Source: an uncultured virus (IMG/VR IMGVR_UViG_3300028008_002028)
Taxonomy: Duplodnaviria; Heunggongvirae; Uroviricota; Caudoviricetes
IMG/VR virus record: IMGVR_UViG_3300028008_002028
Length of the DNA: 64,000 nucleotides
Strand: one strand, 5' to 3'
The position numbers and the translations under genes were made by a program. Each line of letters begins with the position of its first letter. Positions within the stretch are counted from its first letter, which is position 1. This document shows, piece by piece, positions 47,895-57,605 of the stretch. The notes beneath the pieces were generated by a model. It was not told the origin of the DNA. It did no database searches and worked only from the letters and a program-made list of their open reading frames with translations.

Positions 47895-48026
47895 ATGATT
47901 AAAGGTATACTACAATTTGCTTTTTTTATGACACTTGCTTGGTTATTGGCGTTTAGTTGGGCCATACCGGCAGGGTATGCTATTATGTATATCGACGAAT
48001 ATGAAGTAGACAGGACAATTAAATAA
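47895..48026 (+). CDS. 43-aa membrane peptide, probably leaderless (below cutoff)
   Basis: ATG 6 nt after -10; stop overlaps clamp-loader ATG. Confidence 0.5.
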   Translation: MIKGILQFAFFMTLAWLLAFSWAIPAGYAIMYIDEYEVDRTIK

Positions 48027-48949
48027 TGAAAGATTTATGGGTAGAAAAATATAGGCCGAGTAAGGTAGATGAATATGTATTCAAAGACCAAAATCAAAGG
48101 TCTCAAGTACAAAACTGGATTGACGATGGAGGCATTCCACACTTGTTGTTTAGTGGTAGTCCAGGTACAGGTAAAACTACACTAGCAAAAGTTCTCATCT
48201 CAGAATTAAATGTAGAAAAAGCAGATGTGCTATACATCAATGCTAGTAGAGATAACGGTGTTGATATGATTCGTAAACGTATTAGTGCGTTTAGTGAAAC
48301 TATGCCTTGGGGTGAATTTAAAGTAATCCTACTTGATGAGGCAGACCATATTAGTCCTGAAGGACAAGCGGCATTGCGTGGAGTAATGGAACAGTATCAT
48401 GCAAGTGTTCGCTTTATACTAACGTGTAATTATCCTAACATGATTATTCCTGCTTTACACAGCAGATGTCAAGGCTTCCATATTGAAGAACTTGACCATA
48501 CAGATTTCACAGTACGTGTAGGAGAGATCCTGGCACAAAATGCAGTAAACTTTGACATTGAGACCTTAGACGCAATGGTCCGTGCAAATTATCCTGACTT
48601 ACGTAAAACTATTAACACAGTGCAAATGAGCATTGTGGATAATACACTTGCTATGCCCGATGATGGTGGCAGCACAAGCGAGTGGCGATTAGCAATGGTA
48701 GAGCTATTTCGCAGTGGTAAGATACAGGATGCACGTAAACTCATAATCAAATCTGCACGTGCTGATGAGTATAACGATATATTTACTTGGCTTTATAAGA
48801 ATTTAGATCTTTATACAAAGAACGACTTTCAATATGATAGTTGTGTACTAGCAATACGTGAAGGCTTAATCAAGCATACACAAGTAGCGGATCCAGAGAT
48901 CAATCTAAGTGCTACAATGATTGAACTTGCAAGAACGCTAAATGAGTAA
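48026..48949 (+). CDS. Sliding-clamp loader AAA+ subunit (RFC-small / T4 gp44-like)
   Basis: WVEKYRP, GSPGTGKTT, INAS, LDEAD, ALHSRC. Confidence 0.93.
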   Translation: MKDLWVEKYRPSKVDEYVFKDQNQRSQVQNWIDDGGIPHLLFSGSPGTGKTTLAKVLISELNVEKADVLYINASRDNGVDMIRKRISAFSETMPWGEFKVILLDEADHISPEGQAALRGVMEQYHASVRFILTCNYPNMIIPALHSRCQGFHIEELDHTDFTVRVGEILAQNAVNFDIETLDAMVRANYPDLRKTINTVQMSIVDNTLAMPDDGGSTSEWRLAMVELFRSGKIQDARKLIIKSARADEYNDIFTWLYKNLDLYTKNDFQYDSCVLAIREGLIKHTQVADPEINLSATMIELARTLNE

Positions 48950-50012
48950 ACTAGAAAATCTATTACTTCCAGTTACATTTAACAATTGGAATACATACAC
49001 CTATAGTCCTAGAATTAACACGTTGCTGAGCCTAAGTTCCGACATGGGTGCTATACCACAGGACCTTGCATACCTACCAGAACCTCCTACATACTTGTTT
49101 GATCCATTTGGGCTTCCAATGGACAACGATGACCTTGTGAGCAGGTGTAAAGAAATTGACGGCAGTGATGATTTAGAATCTGCACTAGAAAATATGCTTA
49201 AAGATATGTTGGATATAGAAGGCGAACCTATATTAGATTCAAACTTTAAATTTACATTACCATATGCATTTAAGTATAGTCAAGCAAGAGAAACATCATT
49301 GAATATGTTTTGTCCAGATTATAATGATGATCCTTGGATGGGATTATTAGAATATAAAACCTCAGAACGATTTGATCCAGATGTTACGAACTTTACATAT
49401 AAAAGTAATATAGCTGATATTGATTTGCTGCTCAACGAGCATTTAGATCAACACATAAATTTAATAGGCACTGATAACTATTTGTTGGCTATTATAGACG
49501 AAATAGCATTACGAAGAAACGAAGAAGTCAACGAAGGCGATGCTTGTGATTACTTTCTAAACAAACCTTTTAGATTGTTAATAATGGCTGCTGAAAAAGG
49601 CTTAAATCATATGATGGAGAACGGCTACAAGGAATACAAACAACAGCTACTTGATGGATACAAAATAGAAATAAGTCATAGAGATGACATTGCTCGTCCA
49701 TACCCAACTAGACTGTTTAGTTTTGATTTTATTAATAAATCTTCTATTGCATATGATCGAACATGCAATGCACTTGATATAGCGCCTAATTGGAACTTAT
49801 TTGAAGACTGGCACTCGTATCAATACAAAGACTGTAACAACGTCGAAGACGCTGTCGTAAATACTATTGTTAGAATATCTACAGGATATGATTTCACCCT
49901 TGCCAATTGGAATTACTTTCAGCAAGCGGTTTATGATTTAGCAATAGAAGAACACGACAACAATGAACACAATAGTAAAACATTTAAAGGGTGGCTCAGT
50001 AATAGAAGGTAG
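48942..50012 (+). CDS. Hypothetical protein
   Basis: 356-aa ORF overlapping clamp-loader stop. Confidence 0.6.
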   Translation: MSKLENLLLPVTFNNWNTYTYSPRINTLLSLSSDMGAIPQDLAYLPEPPTYLFDPFGLPMDNDDLVSRCKEIDGSDDLESALENMLKDMLDIEGEPILDSNFKFTLPYAFKYSQARETSLNMFCPDYNDDPWMGLLEYKTSERFDPDVTNFTYKSNIADIDLLLNEHLDQHINLIGTDNYLLAIIDEIALRRNEEVNEGDACDYFLNKPFRLLIMAAEKGLNHMMENGYKEYKQQLLDGYKIEISHRDDIARPYPTRLFSFDFINKSSIAYDRTCNALDIAPNWNLFEDWHSYQYKDCNNVEDAVVNTIVRISTGYDFTLANWNYFQQAVYDLAIEEHDNNEHNSKTFKGWLSNRR

Positions 50013-50211
50013 AGAAGTATTTCTTATTGCTATGCCTGGCAAACACCTTATAGAATTATTAGAAGAACTACACACCGCAACACTTGTACCACGTGGTAAT
50101 ATAACCACCACTCCACTAGAGCACTTTGCATATCACAATAAGTCTATTGTGTCTGCATATCTTTTCCTCGACGAAGAAGAAGCAATGTTATTTAGAATTA
50201 AGTATACTTAA
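49963..50211 (+). CDS. Hypothetical protein
   Basis: C-terminal F.DEEEAMLFRIKY motif. Confidence 0.55.
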   Translation: MNTIVKHLKGGSVIEGREVFLIAMPGKHLIELLEELHTATLVPRGNITTTPLEHFAYHNKSIVSAYLFLDEEEAMLFRIKYT

Positions 50212-50311
50212 CATCGGCCTTGAACTGATAAATACGTATAGCAATACAAAAGAATGATACAAGGGGTATTTGTTAAGTTTTGAGTTGCACATACAAAAAA
50301 GGAAAACTAAA

Positions 50312-50752
50312 ATGAATACTCGATTTATGATATGGTGGCTAGCTGCCGTTATACAAATTATTGGTGTAGGAGTTGCAATAGGTTTTGGCGCAGTAGATTT
50401 TTTACTGGAAGCTGATCAAACTTATTTAAGTTTTGTGACACTTGCCATGTGGGCAATTGGTACAATTGGCGTTGGATATATTTCTTATAAAAATACCCGT
50501 AACTATGACACACCTTGGTTTATTGCTGAAAGTTGCATTAGTGTTGGCATGATAGGAACCCTAATTGGATTTATGTTAATGTTAAGTAGTAGTTTAGGAA
50601 GTGTTGATCCAAGCGATATAGATTCAATGAAGGCAGTTATTGCCTCAATGGCATCAGGTATGAGTACAGCACTTGTCACAACATTATCAGGATTGGTTTT
50701 TAGCTTATTTCTTAAGATACAAATTACCACACAAGAACACGAAATGGAATAA
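50312..50752 (+). CDS. MotA/TolQ/ExbB-like proton-channel protein
   Basis: Four hydrophobic segments; GMIGTLIGF...GMSTALVTTLSGL; start reassigned by SD. Confidence 0.8.
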   Translation: MNTRFMIWWLAAVIQIIGVGVAIGFGAVDFLLEADQTYLSFVTLAMWAIGTIGVGYISYKNTRNYDTPWFIAESCISVGMIGTLIGFMLMLSSSLGSVDPSDIDSMKAVIASMASGMSTALVTTLSGLVFSLFLKIQITTQEHEME

Positions 50753-50755
50753 CTT

Positions 50756-51421
50756 ATGGCACGTAGAAGAAGCGGCAATCAACTCGCATTCAACGATATG
50801 CTATTTAACGTATTACTAGGATTTGTTGTCCTATTCGTTATTGCATTTTTGTTAATTAACCCTATTACTAAGAAACAAGATATACCAGCTAAAGCTGAAC
50901 ATATGATTGTAATTGAATGGGATGACAATAGTTCTGTAGACGTTGATTTGTGGCTACAACACGATAACGATCCTCCAGTTGGCTTTAGCAACAAAGCAGG
51001 CATGGGCATGAATCTCGAACGTGACGATTTAGGTACAAACAACGACAGAATTACAATTGACGGTAAAACAGAAATTATTAGAATAAACAGAGAAGTTATA
51101 AACATTCGTGGCATTGTTAAAGGTTTGTATTATCCAGCCGTACATGCATACAGTTGGTCACCTTCTCAAAAAGAACCGTTAGTTGTAAAAATTACTGTGA
51201 TAGATATTAACCCAACATACAGAGAAGTTTACAGTTATGAGGTTACATTAACTGGACGTGGGCAGGTACAAAGAACGCCAGGCTTTGAGATAGACGAAGA
51301 AGGTCGAGTTCCAACAGTATTCAATCATACAATGCCAGTTGTTCCACATAGAAAAAACAGTACTAATAGTGCCCCTGAACTTAATAGTAATACTAATGTA
51401 GGTAACCCTGTTGGTCCATAA
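50756..51421 (+). CDS. MotB/ExbD-like single-TM partner with periplasmic beta domain
   Basis: MARRR...AFNDMLFNVLLGF (intramembrane Asp), DVDLW, LERDDLG. Confidence 0.7.
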   Translation: MARRRSGNQLAFNDMLFNVLLGFVVLFVIAFLLINPITKKQDIPAKAEHMIVIEWDDNSSVDVDLWLQHDNDPPVGFSNKAGMGMNLERDDLGTNNDRITIDGKTEIIRINREVINIRGIVKGLYYPAVHAYSWSPSQKEPLVVKITVIDINPTYREVYSYEVTLTGRGQVQRTPGFEIDEEGRVPTVFNHTMPVVPHRKNSTNSAPELNSNTNVGNPVGP

Positions 51422-52677
51422 TGCAGTATATTATTGATAATATAAAAAATGCAAACTCCACAAATGTAAATGATATCACTATACTAGAGTTTGAAAACTT
51501 TTTTACACCAGAACACTTAGAACAATTAATGTGGGCTACAAAGCAAACACAGTTTGTTGATGCGGAAGACTCAATCTCTGGCTTTAAACCCAGTGCATAT
51601 AGCTTTGATAAGTTACTTAATAAAGAATTATTTAGAAATATCAGCAAACAGTTTAAAAGCGAAGAATTTAAAACAACGTTATTAAATAGATTTCAACTAC
51701 ATGATGTAGAATATTTTCAAAAGCATTTAGATGTTGATATAAGCATACACACAGATCAAGGACATCAATTTGATGATGCACACTCTGATCAAAAGAACAA
51801 TTTATTTTCATTAACCTTTCAAATATATCTACCCGAAACAGATGCAGATGCTGAATACGGAACTATATTCTACGACAACAAAGGCAATGAACTATATCTA
51901 AGAGAATTTAAAAACAATACAGGTTATTGTTTCTTATCACACAACAACAGTTGGCATGCAGGAAAGCCTGGAATTAAACGTAACAGTTTCTTTGTAAGAA
52001 TGGATATAAAGCCACACTATGAATTTACTTCCACAGTATTCAATTACGACTCCAATATAGATACATGTTATCTTATATGGGATAAAGACATGGAAGTTCC
52101 ACGTCATTACACAGACTATTTGCTACAAGTATCTATGCTAAATGCACAAGAGCTTGGTATTGAAAACGTTGTAGTTTCACAAGATCCGTGGAAAAACAAG
52201 TGTGCATTGTTACACAAACTAAAAGAACTTGGCTTTAAAAAGGCGTTTATAGTGCTAGGTGGAGTGCATTGGGATAAAACACACGCAAATGATTTTGCAC
52301 AAGAATTAGACTTAAACGTTAGTGTATGCGGTAGAACAAACTCAGACGATGCTACACACTTGCTTAGACAGTATGCAGTAATCAATATAAATAGTGTTAT
52401 AGAATTTAAAACTGAACATCCTAAACACTTTCCAAATACACTAAGATATTTTGGAGAATGTGTAGACAACAAAGACTACATTGAAATAGATGACTCATTA
52501 TCAGATATACAACATTTCTATCACATGGAAGAAGATATAGACGAATGTGATTCATGGACAAGTTGGATTAGATGGTCAGAAACATACGAACACGAAGATA
52601 TAGATTATCTTCGTAGATATAAAGAAAACAATCAAACATTGATAGCACTAACAAAATCAATGCATAAAGGATTATAA
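51421..52677 (+). CDS. 2OG-Fe(II) oxygenase fused to unknown C-terminal domain
   Basis: FENFF, AHSD, QIYLP, GT, NSWH, RNS. Confidence 0.7.
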   Translation: MQYIIDNIKNANSTNVNDITILEFENFFTPEHLEQLMWATKQTQFVDAEDSISGFKPSAYSFDKLLNKELFRNISKQFKSEEFKTTLLNRFQLHDVEYFQKHLDVDISIHTDQGHQFDDAHSDQKNNLFSLTFQIYLPETDADAEYGTIFYDNKGNELYLREFKNNTGYCFLSHNNSWHAGKPGIKRNSFFVRMDIKPHYEFTSTVFNYDSNIDTCYLIWDKDMEVPRHYTDYLLQVSMLNAQELGIENVVVSQDPWKNKCALLHKLKELGFKKAFIVLGGVHWDKTHANDFAQELDLNVSVCGRTNSDDATHLLRQYAVININSVIEFKTEHPKHFPNTLRYFGECVDNKDYIEIDDSLSDIQHFYHMEEDIDECDSWTSWIRWSETYEHEDIDYLRRYKENNQTLIALTKSMHKGL

Positions 52678-52678
52678 T

Positions 52679-53308
52679 ATGGTATATACTTCAGCAACGT
52701 TAATTTTTATAACAAGTGTTATAACATTATATGCATTAATTTTGCATAGAAAAAATTTAATAATATTAATATTTCTAATTCCCATGCTATTAACATCTAC
52801 AGTATACACAGGCTATTCAATATATGCATTACAAGGAACTCCTATCAATGGAATACCTGTTGGAAAGTCTGTAGAAATTTTATGGGTAGAACCAGCTAAA
52901 CCCTGGATTCGTTTAATGCTACGTGTAGAAGAAAATCCACAGCCTACATATTACAAAATGGCTTATACTAAAAAGAATATGGATGAATTAAACAAGGCTG
53001 CAGCCAAAGCCAGCAAAAGCGGTGAAGGCAAGGTTGAAGGCAAATTTGAATTAAAGGGTGCAGGTGGCGAAGAACAAGGTGGCGAGTTTGTATTCATGAC
53101 GAAACCAAAAAGTATTAATCCTGGAAAGAAAGATTCTGCACCACAAGATAATGACGCACAAGAATCTCTAATTTTAGAAAGAGAAACACAAAGTTTAGAA
53201 CGTGAAGAAAGACAGCGTCTTGGAATAGATAGCGGACATGCAACTACACCTATACGACAGCCTATTACATCTAACTGGTGTGATAGTGAATGGGGGTGCG
53301 GTCCATAA
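52679..53308 (+). CDS. Membrane-anchored hypothetical protein
   Basis: Two N-terminal TM segments then LQGTP and soluble domain. Confidence 0.6.
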   Translation: MVYTSATLIFITSVITLYALILHRKNLIILIFLIPMLLTSTVYTGYSIYALQGTPINGIPVGKSVEILWVEPAKPWIRLMLRVEENPQPTYYKMAYTKKNMDELNKAAAKASKSGEGKVEGKFELKGAGGEEQGGEFVFMTKPKSINPGKKDSAPQDNDAQESLILERETQSLEREERQRLGIDSGHATTPIRQPITSNWCDSEWGCGP

Positions 53309-54297
53309 TGGTAAGCGTCGAAAACATACTTAACCGTGATTTAACTACTATGGTTATTGTATGGTCTGGAGAAACCCGTACACATAGTAAAGATACATTT
53401 GACAGCATATGTAGAATTTACTCTCCGCATTACAAACTAATACACGTTGGCCATACATGGCATCACTGTGATAATCCTTGTAGTATAGAAAACTTTGAAT
53501 ATTTTAGTAAAACTGATCAATCAGAAATGGTTGCTTTTATGCAGAAGGATCCACTTTACCTTCCTAAGTTAAGACCTGATTCAAAAGCAGTACCCGAGTA
53601 TACTTGGAATACTCCAGATGAATATGTAAAACTACATGGTGAATTATTTAAAATGACATGGGGTCAGATTTGGAGTCATTTTGCTGCCATGCAACTTTGT
53701 AAGCAATTACACAACAGACATAATATTGCAGGATATGTAAGAATGAGATGGGATGTTGAAAGCCCGTTATTCAGTGATAAGATGAAGGGATTCATTGAGC
53801 AAAACGGTATGTCTGATTTCTATCCACATCGTGCATACAAGTGGGCGGAACAACTTGGTGTCAAAGGTGTAAAAGAATATTATGACAATGTAATGACACG
53901 TGTTTCAGGAAAAATAAACTACTTTGCCAATGATAGATGGGGCCATGTTATCATACCCGACCGGTCAACGCATCAAGTAAGTGGGCGTGGATGGGGGCAG
54001 TTATGGATAAATGACATACATTGGATTCAAGTGAATTCAATGGCGCATAGAGAAGATGCAAAAGAAACAATAGAACATTATCCAACTCCTGAGAAATTAA
54101 TATCAGACATGCTTGGCATTAATGAATATTATACACTGGGTAAAAATAGTTTTCCTGATGTTCATCCTTCTGCTCATACATTATGGGGTATTGTGTTTGA
54201 CTATATGAATTGGAGTTCATATGCGTTACTCCCCGATGAACTTTGGTTAATCAACCGAGAACATGGAGATAATCCTAAAAATCCATTCGGCATTTAA
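53308..54297 (+). CDS. Hypothetical protein (glycosyltransferase-like?)
   Basis: SGETR, HTW, YVRMRWD, IND motifs. Confidence 0.45.
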   Translation: MVSVENILNRDLTTMVIVWSGETRTHSKDTFDSICRIYSPHYKLIHVGHTWHHCDNPCSIENFEYFSKTDQSEMVAFMQKDPLYLPKLRPDSKAVPEYTWNTPDEYVKLHGELFKMTWGQIWSHFAAMQLCKQLHNRHNIAGYVRMRWDVESPLFSDKMKGFIEQNGMSDFYPHRAYKWAEQLGVKGVKEYYDNVMTRVSGKINYFANDRWGHVIIPDRSTHQVSGRGWGQLWINDIHWIQVNSMAHREDAKETIEHYPTPEKLISDMLGINEYYTLGKNSFPDVHPSAHTLWGIVFDYMNWSSYALLPDELWLINREHGDNPKNPFGI

Positions 54298-54300
54298 TTG

Positions 54301-54328
54301 TTGACAATTATAGCAAATCTGCTATAAT
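54301..54328 (+). promoter_or_regulatory. Sigma70-type promoter with perfect inverted repeat
   Basis: TTGACA-N16-TATAAT; ATTATAGCA-aatc-TGCTATAAT. Confidence 0.75.
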
Positions 54329-54357
54329 ACAAGTAATGAATTCTAGATAGGTAACAC

Positions 54358-54633
54358 ATGAAAAACGTAATTAATTTTTTTAAGAAAAGCTATGCCAACG
54401 ACCGCACAGCCTTTTATGCAGAAATAACTGAAACGACATTATTGATAATTGCAAGTGCAGTATTGAGTTTTACAATACTTGACCCTGCAACAAAGATATT
54501 TGTTCCATTGTATCTAATAGGCAGTATACTTGCTGTCTTTAGTACATACAGACGAGGCAGTAGTGCTATTGTGCTATGTGCTTGGTTTACGGTTATGAAC
54601 AGTTGGGCATTCTTGCAGTTGTTTGTGCTATGA
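54358..54633 (+). CDS. Small multi-TM membrane protein
   Basis: Three hydrophobic segments. Confidence 0.65.
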   Translation: MKNVINFFKKSYANDRTAFYAEITETTLLIIASAVLSFTILDPATKIFVPLYLIGSILAVFSTYRRGSSAIVLCAWFTVMNSWAFLQLFVL

Positions 54634-55106
54634 TTAAAGCAATACTGGCATGTGATGATGCGTGGGGCATAGGTAAAGACGGAACGCTACCTTGGCCACA
54701 TAATGCTGCAGATCAAAAATGGTTTGCACAAACAACAAAAGGTGATGTTGTTGTAATGGGTAGCACAACATGGAAAGATCCTGACATGCCCAAGCCACTG
54801 CCAGGTAGATATAATGTAGTGGTAACACGTGGGGTAGCCGATGAGGCGCATTGTGTGGTTCCAATAGATGAAGCTGAAAAACTATTGGTAGAAGATTTAG
54901 AACAAGAAAATGTTTGGATTATTGGCGGGGCTAAACTCGTAAAAGCATTGATGCCAATAATTGATGAACTATGGTTAAGTAGAATAGTAGGTGTATACGA
55001 TTGTGATACACACTTACCAGAAGATGAGATATTAAAAAACTATGAACTAGTTGATGTTGATACTAGTATTGATACGTTAAGTATTGAAAAATGGAGTAAA
55101 TTATGA
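54630..55106 (+). CDS. folA: Dihydrofolate reductase
   Basis: GIGKDGTLPW, D..WF, VMGSTTW, PLPGR, WIIGG. Confidence 0.93.
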   Translation: MIKAILACDDAWGIGKDGTLPWPHNAADQKWFAQTTKGDVVVMGSTTWKDPDMPKPLPGRYNVVVTRGVADEAHCVVPIDEAEKLLVEDLEQENVWIIGGAKLVKALMPIIDELWLSRIVGVYDCDTHLPEDEILKNYELVDVDTSIDTLSIEKWSKL

Positions 55107-55957
55107 AAACATATTTAAATGCACTAGGACATATCCTAGCTAATGGTAAATCAAAAGATGACAGAACTGGAACAGGCACCAAAGGCGTGTTTGGTTATCA
55201 AATGCATTTTGATTTAGAAAAAGGATTTCCTGCCGTAACAACCAAAACACTTGCATGGAAAAGTGTTGTAAGTGAACTACTATGGTTGTTAGAAGGTAGC
55301 ACAGACGAACGTAGGCTTGCTGAAATACGCTATGGCTTACCACGTGAAGAACTAATAGGTAAGACTACTATTTGGACTGCTAATGCTGACAATCAAGGCA
55401 AAGCAATGGGATATGAGAATACAGACACTGTTAAAGAACTAGGACCAGTATACGGCAAGCAATGGCGTGACTGTGATGGTATAGATCAAATAGCAGAAAT
55501 TATTGCACAGATTAAAGCTGACCCAGACAGCAGACGCATTATATTAGATTCATGGAACGTAAACGAAATTTGCCAAATGGCACTTCCACCATGTCACACA
55601 CTTGCACAGTTTTACGTAGCAGAGGGCAAACTAAGTTGCCAACTGTATCAACGTAGTGCAGATATGTTCTTAGGCGTTCCATTTAATATTGCAAGTTATA
55701 GTTTGCTTACACATATACTTGCAAGTATCACAGGACTAAAAGTAGGCGAGTTTGTATGGACAGGCGGTGACTGTCATATTTACAATAACCATTTACCGCA
55801 GGTATTACAACAAATGTCACGTAAGCCTGCTAAATCTCCTGTATTAGTTATGCCAGAATTTGCCTCACTTGAAGAAGTGTTAAATAGTAGCATAGAGGAT
55901 TATGCACTAGAAAACTATGTACCTCTACCTACAATTAAGGCAGAAATGGCAGTATAA
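55103..55957 (+). CDS. thyA: Thymidylate synthase ThyA
   Basis: DRTGTGT, LGPVYGKQWR, MALPPCH, YQRSADMFLGVPFN, HIYNNH. Confidence 0.97.
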   Translation: MKTYLNALGHILANGKSKDDRTGTGTKGVFGYQMHFDLEKGFPAVTTKTLAWKSVVSELLWLLEGSTDERRLAEIRYGLPREELIGKTTIWTANADNQGKAMGYENTDTVKELGPVYGKQWRDCDGIDQIAEIIAQIKADPDSRRIILDSWNVNEICQMALPPCHTLAQFYVAEGKLSCQLYQRSADMFLGVPFNIASYSLLTHILASITGLKVGEFVWTGGDCHIYNNHLPQVLQQMSRKPAKSPVLVMPEFASLEEVLNSSIEDYALENYVPLPTIKAEMAV

Positions 55958-55958
55958 T

Positions 55959-56480
55959 ATGGATAAAGAGATCAGAGACAAATACTTTGGCAATAACTGG
56001 AAGCCTGACTATAGTCAATACAAATATAGTGGCTGGGCGTTATTAGATAAAGTTAAAGACACAGATAGTATTATTGATATTGGTTGTGGATTTAATTTGT
56101 TCAAGCCTCATTGGGGTGACAGAGTATATGGAATTGATCCTGCAAATGATAATGCTGATGAGAAAATTGGCATTATAGAATTTGAAACTGACAACAAATA
56201 TGATGTTGCTATTATCTTAGGTAGCTTAAACTTTGGCACAGCAGAAGATGTAGAGCCACAAGTAGAAAAAGCAGTTAGTTTAATGAAACCAGGCGGTCGT
56301 ATGTACTGGAGGCAGAATCCAGGACTTGGTGACCATCCTTGGAAGGGAATGGAAGAGATTGTTTTCTTTCCTTGGAGTATACAACTTAACTATGAATGGG
56401 CAGACAAATATGGATGCAGAGTAGTTGAATGTAAATGGGATTTAAGTGATCGCATATATGCTGAATGGCAAAAAATGTGA
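55959..56480 (+). CDS. Class I SAM-dependent methyltransferase
   Basis: IIDIGCG, GIDP, YDV, LMKPGG. Confidence 0.8.
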   Translation: MDKEIRDKYFGNNWKPDYSQYKYSGWALLDKVKDTDSIIDIGCGFNLFKPHWGDRVYGIDPANDNADEKIGIIEFETDNKYDVAIILGSLNFGTAEDVEPQVEKAVSLMKPGGRMYWRQNPGLGDHPWKGMEEIVFFPWSIQLNYEWADKYGCRVVECKWDLSDRIYAEWQKM

Positions 56481-56481
56481 T

Positions 56482-57537
56482 ATGGATTGGCTAGATAATT
56501 TTAACAACATAAAGGTAGAAATTACCTCTCATTGTAATGCAAAGTGTCCAGGTTGCACTCGCAACATAACTGGCGGTAAAAATATAAGCAACTTAGATTT
56601 AAATCATATGCCACTTGAACTGTGGCAACGCATTATGCATGAAGATACAAAAGGCATGTTGTTAAATGAAATACTATTTGATGGCAATGTAGGTGACTTA
56701 TGTATGCACCCAGATGCAATAGATTTTATAAAAACTACAGTAGATGCACATCCAGAATGTTCTGTACACATTAATACAAACGGTGGCGCACGGAATGAAA
56801 AGTTTTGGGCAGGCCTTGGTAGTGCGTTGTCTAGCAATGCACACAGAGTAAACTTTGCAATAGATGGACTAGAAGATACACATCATATACATAGACGATC
56901 AACAACATACGATATTATACAACGCAACGCAAAAGCATTTATAGATGCAGGTGGACAAGCAAACTGGATATTTACACTGTTTGATCATAACTTACATCAA
57001 TATACTGAAGCAGAAAAACGTGCAATTGATCTAGGTTATGCTTGGTTTCAAGTAAGACATAGTTGTATTCCAGGAGAAGACCTATTTGTAAAAACAAGCA
57101 CAGAAGAATATGAAATAGGCACAGAAAATATATACGAGCATGATGAAAAATTAATATCCTTAAAAAATGTTATCGCTTGTAAAGATGCTGACTGGAGAAG
57201 CGACACTGATAGTCAGTGTAGTGCATTTGCAGAAAGACAAATACAAATTGACTTCCGTGGCATACTTTGGCCTTGTAGCTATATCTATTCTACAGAAACA
57301 TACAATGATAAACCATTGTCAATGAGTCCATTTCATAAGCACATAGAGTCAGATAGACACAACGGTCCTATAGTTCCACACCCTGGAAACACTATAAGTT
57401 TATACAGTCATTCATTATCTGACATCTTAAATAATTCTTTTTATACCGATACACTTGTAAATGCTATCAAAACACAAGAATGGAAGATATGTAATCTTTG
57501 GTGTTTGGGAAATACTATACATCAAGAGAAAAGTTAA
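56482..57537 (+). CDS. Radical SAM protein with C-terminal SPASM/twitch-like Cys
   Basis: CNAKCPGC, GNVGD, TNGG, FAIDG; C...WPC...CNLWC. Confidence 0.9.
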   Translation: MDWLDNFNNIKVEITSHCNAKCPGCTRNITGGKNISNLDLNHMPLELWQRIMHEDTKGMLLNEILFDGNVGDLCMHPDAIDFIKTTVDAHPECSVHINTNGGARNEKFWAGLGSALSSNAHRVNFAIDGLEDTHHIHRRSTTYDIIQRNAKAFIDAGGQANWIFTLFDHNLHQYTEAEKRAIDLGYAWFQVRHSCIPGEDLFVKTSTEEYEIGTENIYEHDEKLISLKNVIACKDADWRSDTDSQCSAFAERQIQIDFRGILWPCSYIYSTETYNDKPLSMSPFHKHIESDRHNGPIVPHPGNTISLYSHSLSDILNNSFYTDTLVNAIKTQEWKICNLWCLGNTIHQEKS

Positions 57538-57605
57538 AATACGTTTTAAGTATTCGGTTAACGTCATAAATATATATAACGTTAATAAGGAAGAATACTA
57601 ATATA

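Noticed and set aside
50312..51421. Calling the MotA/MotB-like pair a Zorya system or flagellar stator
   Set aside because: The A subunit lacks the long ZorA tail, the B subunit lacks an OmpA-like domain, and no zorC/D/E or flagellar genes are present
37083..55957. Bacterial chromosome origin, given pepA, apt, iscA, clpP, folA and thyA
   Set aside because: Genes lack bacterial operon context and are mixed with a tail fibre, T4-like PolB, clamp loader, late-promoter motifs and many small orphans
15993..56481. Longer ORF-track starts (15993, 18860, 22049, 29951, 34927, 44883, 50270, 53290, 54576, 55917, 56446)
   Set aside because: Extensions overlap upstream genes or lack an SD; downstream ATGs fit SD spacing, coupling or domain starts better
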